A stretch of DNA of 64,000 nucleotides from positions 172,309 through 236,308 of the forward strand of contig JAGXIU010000002.1 in NCBI GenBank assembly GCA_024635455.1. The letters run 5' to 3'. This DNA comes from Candidatus Saccharimonadota bacterium. Lineage in GTDB: Bacteria; Patescibacteriota; Saccharimonadia; Saccharimonadales; SLHW01. The notes beneath the pieces were generated by a model, which was not told the DNA's origin, did no database searches, and saw only the letters and a program-made list of their open reading frames with translations. Both the position numbers and the translations under genes were made by a program. This document shows, piece by piece, positions 56,818 through 64,000 of the stretch (the first letter of the stretch is position 1; each line of letters starts with the position of its first letter).

Positions 56818-58398
56818 ATGAGTATATTTTCGCGCGCCAATAAACGCATTAGTTTCGGCGGCGCAGCCACGTTGTTAGTCGCTGTCGCCTTAGCTGGGCA
56901 GTTACTCGGTTTCCTACGTAACCGACTTATTAGTGCTAACTTTACTGTAACTGACCCCGGCGCATCTGATGCATTCTTCGCCGCTTTTCAGATACCAGAC
57001 TTCTTCTTTTATACAATTGCTGCTGGTGCGCTCGGCGTAGCTTTTATTCCGATATTATCGGATAGACTACAAATTGGCGATAAGAAAAGTGTCTGGGAAC
57101 TTTCCAGCAGTTTACTGAACCTTCTCTTGATAATAATGGGTGTGGTTGGGGTTATCATTTTTGCGTTTGCTCGGCCTTTGATGCAGGTATTGGCGCCAAA
57201 CTTACCGGCTGAAAACTTTGAGCAAGCAGTTACGATAATGCGCTTGATATCATTAAACCCCTTATTGTTCACCGTATCAGGAATTTTAACCAGTGTGCAG
57301 CAAATATTTGGTCGCTTTTTCTTTTATGCTGTGGCGCCACTAACGTATAACTTTGCCATTATTACTAGTATTTACCTATTGTCTGATCGTATGGGTATTG
57401 TTGGCCTTGGTGTTGGTGCGTTGGTGGGTGGTTTTTTGCAGTTAAGTATAGCTTTACTTGGCTTGGTTGGCCTTGGTTTCCGTTATACACCAACAATCAA
57501 GATGAAGAGTAAATCCTTTAAGAAAATACTCCGTCAGCTGCCGCCTCGATCACTTGACCAAGGTGTCGACCAGGTGAACAGTGTGGTCGAGGTAAACCGA
57601 GCTCAGGCGCTTGGTACTGGCCCCGTTAGTTACTACAACTTTGCTCTTACCTTGATGAACGTACCAATTATGCTGCTCGGGCATTCCATTGCCACAGCAG
57701 CTTTTCCACGCCTCTCTGAACGATTATCTCAGAATCGTCCAGATTTATTCCGAAAAGATTTCAGAAGTATTATCCGGCTGATGATATGGATGACAGTACC
57801 GGTTGTGGTCGTTTCTTACTTCGGTAGAGGCTACCTAGCTCGTTTGATATTCGGTGATGTTGCGCCTGAAGTTGCCTTAATATTCGGCTACTTAACGGTC
57901 GCTATATTCTTCCGGGTCATCTATAGTATGATCTCGCGATTTTTCTATGCCCACAAAGACACCAAAACACCGCTGTATACATCTGTGTTGGCGATTACAT
58001 TAAATATCATACTTGCGTTTACATTAGCGCGACCCGAAGCATACGGCATATCTGGCTTGGCGATGGCACAATCAATTACAGCGACCTTTGAGGTTGTCGT
58101 GCTCGGCTCAATAATGGTTATGCGTGATAAAAAGATAATCAACAGCGCCTTTTGGCTTGGGATTACTAAGATTGCATCAGTGACTGGCTTTAGTATACTG
58201 ACAGCCTTTATCATGCTTTCATTCTTGCCGTTACAGATAAGCGACCGTGGCCTGGTTACGCTCGGCTCGAAGCTGACTGCCATTAGTGGTGCCACCATAC
58301 TAGTGCACATATTTGCGTCGGCATTGTTTGGATTAGAAGAGGCAAAAATGACACTAGCTCACGCAAAACGTCTGATTTGGCGTCCGATAAAGTTCTAG
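56818..58398 (+). CDS. murJ: Lipid II flippase MurJ
   Basis: LGFLR, DAFFAAFQIPD, AFIP, FYAHKDTKTP, about 14 TMs. Confidence 0.92.
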   Translation: MSIFSRANKRISFGGAATLLVAVALAGQLLGFLRNRLISANFTVTDPGASDAFFAAFQIPDFFFYTIAAGALGVAFIPILSDRLQIGDKKSVWELSSSLLNLLLIIMGVVGVIIFAFARPLMQVLAPNLPAENFEQAVTIMRLISLNPLLFTVSGILTSVQQIFGRFFFYAVAPLTYNFAIITSIYLLSDRMGIVGLGVGALVGGFLQLSIALLGLVGLGFRYTPTIKMKSKSFKKILRQLPPRSLDQGVDQVNSVVEVNRAQALGTGPVSYYNFALTLMNVPIMLLGHSIATAAFPRLSERLSQNRPDLFRKDFRSIIRLMIWMTVPVVVVSYFGRGYLARLIFGDVAPEVALIFGYLTVAIFFRVIYSMISRFFYAHKDTKTPLYTSVLAITLNIILAFTLARPEAYGISGLAMAQSITATFEVVVLGSIMVMRDKKIINSAFWLGITKIASVTGFSILTAFIMLSFLPLQISDRGLVTLGSKLTAISGATILVHIFASALFGLEEAKMTLAHAKRLIWRPIKF

Positions 58399-58449
58399 AT
58401 AGGCGACAGATTTTCTTATATACACCACCCCTGTTATACTGATGGCTGT

Positions 58450-60237
58450 ATGAAAAGAGAGCAATCCAATATCCGAAACTTCTGTATTATTGCGCATATA
58501 GACCACGGGAAATCAACGCTGGCAGACCGAATGCTTGAGCTAACCGGTACGGTTGAGAAGCGAGCCATGAAGGAGCAGTTGCTCGATAGGATGGACTTAG
58601 AGCGGGAAAAGGGCATAACTATAAAGTTAGCCCCTGTCCGCATGCAGTACAAAGAGCATCAACTGAACCTGATCGATACGCCTGGGCACGTTGACTTTAG
58701 TTATGAAGTGTCACGCAGTCTACAGGCATGTGAAGGTGCTTTGCTCGTGATAGACGCGAGTCAGGGCATCCAGGCACAGACGCTTGCGAATGTGTACCTT
58801 GCTATGGAGGCGGACCTTACAATTATTCCTGTTCTTAACAAGATAGATCTTCCGGCGGCTGACGTCGATCGGGTGAGCCGAGAAGTCATAAGCTTACTCG
58901 GTTGCAAAAAAGAAGATATTTTACTTGTGTCAGCGAAGAACGGTGTTGGTATTGATAAAGTCCTCGATACGGTAATTGACTTGGTGCCGCCACCAACTGG
59001 TACATCAGACCAACCACTGCGAGCTTTAATATTCGATAGTTATTATGATGATTATCGCGGAGTAATTCTTTATGCGCGCATAATCGATGGCAACCTCAGG
59101 AAGGAAGCGCCGTTACGGATGATGGCAACCGGAGCCGAGGGTATAGCACTTGAAGTCGGCTCGCTTTCACCAGCAATGAAACCGAATAAACAGCTAGAAA
59201 CGAGCGAAATCGGGTATATTGTTACCAATTTACGTAGTACGAGAGAGGCTAAGGTTGGCGATACGATTACTAATGCGAAAAATCCTGCTACTGCAGCCTT
59301 GCCTGGCTATAAGCACGTAAAGCCATTCGTCTACGCTGGATTATTCCCTGAGAGTAACGAGGACTACCAAGACTTAAAAGACGGTATCGAAAAATTAGCG
59401 CTGAGCGATTCAGCTTTGCAGTTTACTCCAGAGAACTCACCGGTGCTTGGCTTCGGTATGCGTGTTGGATTCTTGGGGCTGCTCCACATGGACATTGTGC
59501 GTGAACGACTAGAACGTGAGTATGATCTATCGCTGATTACTACGACGCCATCAACTAATTATCAAATAACTATGGAAGATGACACAGAGCTAGAAATAAA
59601 GTCAGCCACTGATTTACCCGATCCCGCACAGGTAAAGGAAATACGTGAACCTTGGGTGCGCGGAGAAGTTGTCGTACCAAAAACTTACGTCGGTGAAGTT
59701 ATTCAGCTAATTGCCCGTAAGCGCGGCGTGCAGAAAAATATTAGCTATATGGATGCAGAGCTCGCCTTAATTGCCTTTGATGCACCACTAGCTAACTTAT
59801 TAACAGACTTCTATGATCAACTAAAAAGCGTCACAAGTGGATTCGGCTCATTCAATTATGAACTGTCTGGATATTATGCCGAGGACTTGGTGAAGCTAGA
59901 CTTTTATGTAGCCGGTGAGCGAATTGATGCACTGAGCACCATGGTGCATAGTAGTGAAGCCGAGCCACTGGGGAGAGAGACGGTCGCAAAGCTCAAAGAA
60001 GTTATACCAAAACAAAACTTCCAAGTTGCCCTGCAGGCAGGAATCGGTGGTCGCATAATTGCTCGAGAAAACATAAAAGGCTTCCGGAAAGACGTGACAG
60101 CTAAGCTATATGGTGGTGACGTCACTCGTCGAAAGAAGTTGCTCGAGAAGCAGAAGAAGGGCAAAGCCCGTATGAAGCGGTTTGGAAAAGTAGATATCCC
60201 ATCAGAAGCGTTCACAGCGCTGTTAAAGCGGGAATAA
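58450..60237 (+). CDS. lepA: Elongation factor 4
   Basis: IAHIDHGKSTLADR, DTPGHVDF, NKID, GFLGLLH, KLYGGDVTRRKKLLEKQK. Confidence 0.98.
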   Translation: MKREQSNIRNFCIIAHIDHGKSTLADRMLELTGTVEKRAMKEQLLDRMDLEREKGITIKLAPVRMQYKEHQLNLIDTPGHVDFSYEVSRSLQACEGALLVIDASQGIQAQTLANVYLAMEADLTIIPVLNKIDLPAADVDRVSREVISLLGCKKEDILLVSAKNGVGIDKVLDTVIDLVPPPTGTSDQPLRALIFDSYYDDYRGVILYARIIDGNLRKEAPLRMMATGAEGIALEVGSLSPAMKPNKQLETSEIGYIVTNLRSTREAKVGDTITNAKNPATAALPGYKHVKPFVYAGLFPESNEDYQDLKDGIEKLALSDSALQFTPENSPVLGFGMRVGFLGLLHMDIVRERLEREYDLSLITTTPSTNYQITMEDDTELEIKSATDLPDPAQVKEIREPWVRGEVVVPKTYVGEVIQLIARKRGVQKNISYMDAELALIAFDAPLANLLTDFYDQLKSVTSGFGSFNYELSGYYAEDLVKLDFYVAGERIDALSTMVHSSEAEPLGRETVAKLKEVIPKQNFQVALQAGIGGRIIARENIKGFRKDVTAKLYGGDVTRRKKLLEKQKKGKARMKRFGKVDIPSEAFTALLKRE

Positions 60238-60370
60238 AATACCCCAAACATTTGCATGCTTGGGGTACATATCTCAAGCTTTTTGTTTGCTTATTATTTT
60301 AGCGCATACGTCAATAACTTGCAAAGTATGTGTTCTGTACTATCTGTCTACTCTGCTATAAACTAGTTGC

Positions 60371-61102
60371 ATGAATGAGTTACAAAAACTCAGTGAGTTC
60401 CAGCAACTGCTGGCAAGCTATCACGTATCAAGCAGAGCTAAAGAAATACTACAAGCCACGCGCTTGGTGCTATTGGCCGCCCCAACCTCGAGTGGTCGTA
60501 ACACTATTATTCATCGCTTACTCTCGTCAGGAGAATACCATTTTGTTATTTCCGATACGACGCGAAAACCTCGCATTAATAACGGCGTCAAAGAGCAAGA
60601 TGGTGTTGAGTATTGGTTCCGAAGTGAAGAAGAGATGCTTCGAGATATCAAAAAAGGCTTGTTTCTCGAGGCGGCAGTCATACATAATCAGCAGGTTTCT
60701 GGCATCAGTATACGTGAGCTAGAAAAAGCTAAAAAAACAAACAAGGTTGCTATAACAGACATTGAGATAGTCGGCGTTGATAGTGTATTAGCAGTAAAGC
60801 CAGATACAACGGTGTTTTTTGTGGTTCCACCCTCATTTGACGAGTGGCATAAGCGTCTTGCCCATCGGGGGAAGATGCATGGTCACGAACTGCAGAGAAG
60901 AATGCGTAGTGCCTGCGAAGAATTTCGACATGCTCTTGAGAATGACCACTATATGTACGTAGTAAATGATGAGCTCAGTCACGCCGTCGAACATATTCAA
61001 CAAATGGTGTTTAGCGGTTATCAAGAGCCGAATTATCAACACTCAGCCCGCCAAGTTATCGAGCAATTGCTGATCGATACAGAAAAATTCCTTGCCGCGT
61101 AG
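60371..61102 (+). CDS. gmk: Guanylate kinase-like protein
   Basis: ISDTTRKPR..EQDGVEYWF, FLEAA, FVVPPS, VVNDEL; variant P-loop APTSSGRNT. Confidence 0.75.
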   Translation: MNELQKLSEFQQLLASYHVSSRAKEILQATRLVLLAAPTSSGRNTIIHRLLSSGEYHFVISDTTRKPRINNGVKEQDGVEYWFRSEEEMLRDIKKGLFLEAAVIHNQQVSGISIRELEKAKKTNKVAITDIEIVGVDSVLAVKPDTTVFFVVPPSFDEWHKRLAHRGKMHGHELQRRMRSACEEFRHALENDHYMYVVNDELSHAVEHIQQMVFSGYQEPNYQHSARQVIEQLLIDTEKFLAA

Positions 61103-61128
61103 CAATAAACCTGATGCAACGATAGTGT

Positions 61129-61155
61129 CTAGCACTCTTGACCTTTGACTGCTAG
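61129..61155. promoter_or_regulatory. CIRCE operator overlapping the hrcA promoter
   Basis: CTAGCACTC-N9-GACTGCTAG; TTGACC-17-TACACT. Confidence 0.9.
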
Positions 61156-61177
61156 AACGATACACTTGCAATAGATA

Positions 61178-61897
61178 ATGGACAGCAATATAACCCTACG
61201 ACAGGCAAAGATTCTTGGCGCTATAGTCGAGCAGTATGCAGAAGTGGCCAGCCCAGTTGGCTCTAGCTTGCTTGCAAAAGCCTTCGGTGTCTCCTCGGCA
61301 ACCATTCGTGCTGAAATGGCGCTCTTAGAAGAAGCTGGCTACATTCATCAGCCACACACAAGCGCAGGTCGCGTACCAACTGATAAAGGCTATCGTTATT
61401 ATGTAAACAAAGTAACTGATTCTGATAACCCACAACAAATTCAAGGGCGCGCTGAGCGAGCACTATCAGCCCGAGTTAGTGGTGGCGGTGAAGCCGAGCG
61501 TACTATCCGTAACGCGGTTGATACAATTGTCGAGCTGACGCATAATCTTGGTATAGCTACGATTGGTAAGCAGTTGTACATGAGCGGATTATCAAACTTA
61601 TTTGGCCAACCCGAGTTCATCAGTGGTAGCCAAGCAAAGCAGGTCGCTATATTGCTCGACAACTTAGAGCCATGGCTAAAAGAAGCTGCGCCCAATAAGC
61701 CGTTGAACGTATATATCGGTCGTGAAAATCCGATTGGTCGCTCAGCTGGCTGTTCGTTGATTATCAGTAAGTTTCGTAGCCCGTTTAGTGACAGCAGCTA
61801 CATTGGCGTGATTGGACCAACTCGGCAGAGCTACCGCGATGTCATGACATTGGTTCGCCACGCCGGAGAAGTATTAGAGGAGGAATTACATGAGTAA
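61178..61897 (+). CDS. hrcA: Heat-inducible transcription repressor (short form)
   Basis: PVGS, SSATIR, QPHTSAGRVPTDKGYR, GVIGPTR; CIRCE upstream. Confidence 0.95.
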   Translation: MDSNITLRQAKILGAIVEQYAEVASPVGSSLLAKAFGVSSATIRAEMALLEEAGYIHQPHTSAGRVPTDKGYRYYVNKVTDSDNPQQIQGRAERALSARVSGGGEAERTIRNAVDTIVELTHNLGIATIGKQLYMSGLSNLFGQPEFISGSQAKQVAILLDNLEPWLKEAAPNKPLNVYIGRENPIGRSAGCSLIISKFRSPFSDSSYIGVIGPTRQSYRDVMTLVRHAGEVLEEELHE

Positions 61898-62420
61898 AAA
61901 GAGTACACAAGATAACCCAGATGAACATAAGCAGAAAAAAACAGCCAATAAAAGTAGTACGGGCGCTGATTTAGACAGCCTGTCTCAACAAATTGAAGAG
62001 CTGCAAGAATCGTTAAAGCGCGAGCGAGCAGACTCCGAAAATATTCGCCGCCGCCATGAGGGGCAGTTGGCTGAACTCAAGACTTATGTAACAGCTGATG
62101 TTATTCGGAGTCTACTGCCAGTTATCGATAATATTGATCGAGCACAACAACATGTCCCGGAGGACTTGGTGGACAATCAGTATGTAAAAGGCATCGAGAG
62201 CGTTATAAAGCAATTCGCAACAACATTAGAAAAGCTTGGTGTGGAGCGAATTAGTACTGATGGCGAGGAGTTCAACCCAGAACTTCATGAAGCTGTAAGT
62301 ATGGATGACTCAGAAGGTGGCAGCAAAGAAATTGTTACCGACGAGCTACAAACTGGCTACAAGTTAGGTGATCATATTATTCGCCACGCGATGGTAAACG
62401 TAAAAACGAGTAAAAAATAA
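61890..62420 (+). CDS. grpE: Nucleotide exchange factor GrpE
   Basis: AD.ENIRRR, LLPVIDN, FNPELHEAV, GYKL..IIRHAMV. Confidence 0.95.
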   Translation: MSKKSTQDNPDEHKQKKTANKSSTGADLDSLSQQIEELQESLKRERADSENIRRRHEGQLAELKTYVTADVIRSLLPVIDNIDRAQQHVPEDLVDNQYVKGIESVIKQFATTLEKLGVERISTDGEEFNPELHEAVSMDDSEGGSKEIVTDELQTGYKLGDHIIRHAMVNVKTSKK

Positions 62421-62421
62421 C

Positions 62422-62496
62422 TTAGCACTCTTGACTATAGAGTGCTAGATTCTGTATGCTAGAATAGTATTAGCACTCTACTAAGCTTATTGCTAA
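62422..62496. promoter_or_regulatory. Two tandem CIRCE operators upstream of dnaK
   Basis: TTAGCACTC-N9-GAGTGCTAG (62422-62448) and TTAGCACTC-N9-TATTGCTAA (62470-62496). Confidence 0.9.
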
Positions 62497-62535
62497 TAAT
62501 AGTACAAGATATAGGAAAAAAGGAGATTTACTACA

Positions 62536-64000
62536 ATGGGAAAAATTATTGGAATTGACCTCGGTACAACTAACTCAGCTATGGCAGTTATGCAGGCTGG
62601 TAAGCCAGAGATTGTGGCCAACTCAGAAGGCAACCGCACAACGCCGAGCGTAGTAGCACTGAACAAGAACGACGAACGATTGGTTGGTCAAGTAGCTCGA
62701 CGACAGCAAGTTACGAATTCAAAGAACACTATTTATGAAGTGAAACGTTTAATTGGTCGTCGCTGGGAAGACAAAGAAGTTCAGCGCGACATCAAGCTGA
62801 TGGGCTATGAAATGGTCAAAAGCGGCAACGGTGTAAAGGTGAAGATGGGCGACAAAGAATATAGTGCAGAAGAAATTAGCGCTATGATCCTCGGCAAGCT
62901 AAAAGCCGACGCAGAAAGCTTCCTTGGCGATACGGTCAGTGAAGCTGTCATCACCGTACCTGCTTACTTTAACGATGCGCAACGCCAAGCTACCAAAGAT
63001 GCTGGTAAGATTGCCGGACTTGAGGTAAAGCGAATTATTAATGAGCCAACTGCAGCAGCATTGGCATACGGACTTGATAAGAAGGATAGCAACAAGGACG
63101 AGAAAATAGCTGTCTACGACCTTGGTGGTGGTACGTTTGACATATCGATTCTTGAACTAGGTGACGGCGTCTTTGAGGTCAAATCGACCAACGGCGACAC
63201 ACACCTTGGTGGCGCAGACTTTGACCGTGCTATTGTCAATTACTTTGTTGCTGAGTTTAAGAAAGAACACGGCCTGGATATCAGTGACGACAAGGCCGCT
63301 ATGCAGCGATTACGTGACGAAGCTGAGAAGGCGAAAATTGAACTTTCTACCACGAACGAGATAGATATTAACTTGCCGTTCTTGACAGCAGACTCTGATG
63401 GCCCAAAGCACTTTGAACACAAACTTACACGAGCTAAGCTCGAGAGTCTTGTTAATGAACTTATTGATAAAACCGAAGAACCATGTAAAAAGGCGCTTAA
63501 AGACGCTGGAATCAAGGCGAGCGAGATCGATGCCGTTGTACTAGTCGGTGGTATGACGCGTATGCCAGCAGTACAGCAAAAAGTTGAGAAGATTTTTGGT
63601 AAAGAGCCAATGAAGGGTGTTAACCCTGATGAAGTCGTTGCTATAGGTGCGGCTATCCAAGGTGGTGTACTGCAGGGTGACGTAAAGGACGTACTACTAC
63701 TAGACGTTACGCCGCTTTCACTTGGTATTGAAACGCTTGGCGGTGTCGCAACCAAATTGATAGAGCGAAATGCAACTATCCCAACCAGCAAGAGTGAGAC
63801 TTTCTCCACCGCAGCAGATAACCAACCACAAGTTGAAATTCACGTCGTACAGGGTGAGCGAGAGATGGTGTCTGACAATAAGTCACTTGGACGCTTTGTC
63901 CTGGATGGCATTCCATCAGCGCCACGAGGTGTACCACAGATTGAAGTAACCTTTAATATCGATGCAAACGGCATCTTGAATGTCACTGCAAAAGATAAAG
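62536..64000 (+). CDS. dnaK: Chaperone DnaK (runs off the window end)
   Basis: [21 protein letters not shown]...[10 protein letters not shown]...[10 protein letters not shown]...LVGGMTRMP; absent from the ORF track because it has no stop in the window. Confidence 0.98.
   Translation, partial: MGKIIGIDLGTTNSAMAVMQAGKPEIVANSEGNRTTPSVVALNKNDERLVGQVARRQQVTNSKNTIYEVKRLIGRRWEDKEVQRDIKLMGYEMVKSGNGVKVKMGDKEYSAEEISAMILGKLKADAESFLGDTVSEAVITVPAYFNDAQRQATKDAGKIAGLEVKRIINEPTAAALAYGLDKKDSNKDEKIAVYDLGGGTFDISILELGDGVFEVKSTNGDTHLGGADFDRAIVNYFVAEFKKEHGLDISDDKAAMQRLRDEAEKAKIELSTTNEIDINLPFLTADSDGPKHFEHKLTRAKLESLVNELIDKTEEPCKKALKDAGIKASEIDAVVLVGGMTRMPAVQQKVEKIFGKEPMKGVNPDEVVAIGAAIQGGVLQGDVKDVLLLDVTPLSLGIETLGGVATKLIERNATIPTSKSETFSTAADNQPQVEIHVVQGEREMVSDNKSLGRFVLDGIPSAPRGVPQIEVTFNIDANGILNVTAKDK

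Noticed and set aside
63240..63809. 189-aa antisense ORF
   Set aside because: Shadow of dnaK, which occupies the plus strand

Overview
Bacterial chromosomal window, most likely from a Candidatus Saccharibacteria (TM7/CPR) genome. This is inferred from gene content and style: archaeal-type AspRS, short MutY and HrcA, a peptidase-less LexA-like protein, many single-TM orphan proteins and apparently leaderless genes. Housekeeping genes include uppP, nadD-like, a Kef-type antiporter, DsbA, aspS, mutY, mscS, murC, an ABC exporter, dus, a pyrF-like gene, an ftsB-like gene, a GH13 glucosidase, a DEAD-box helicase, a DD-carboxypeptidase, tilS, ftsH, murJ, lepA, gmk-like and hrcA-grpE-dnaK with CIRCE operators. 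All three CAU-anticodon tRNAs are present (Ile2, fMet, Met). Two carry integrated accessory islands. Island 1 (about 5.4 kb, tRNA-Ile2) has an intact large serine recombinase and an ABC-ATPase/HEPN-like plus HNH gene pair. Island 2 (about 4.9 kb, tRNA-fMet) retains only a likely integrase stump, plus HEPN-like, MazG-like and frameshifted HNH genes. In both islands the crossover core lies inside the integrase 3' end, and the far att arm holds an open, in-frame alternative C-terminal tail, so integration and excision would swap the integrase C-terminus. Also seen: a compact cobalamin-type riboswitch ahead of an uncharacterised Cys-rich operon, covarying tRNA-linked hairpin mini-elements, a dispersed 32-bp palindrome, and an OMP decarboxylase homologue lacking catalytic residues. 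No CRISPR array or rRNA was found. All family calls come from motif recognition by eye, not database searches.
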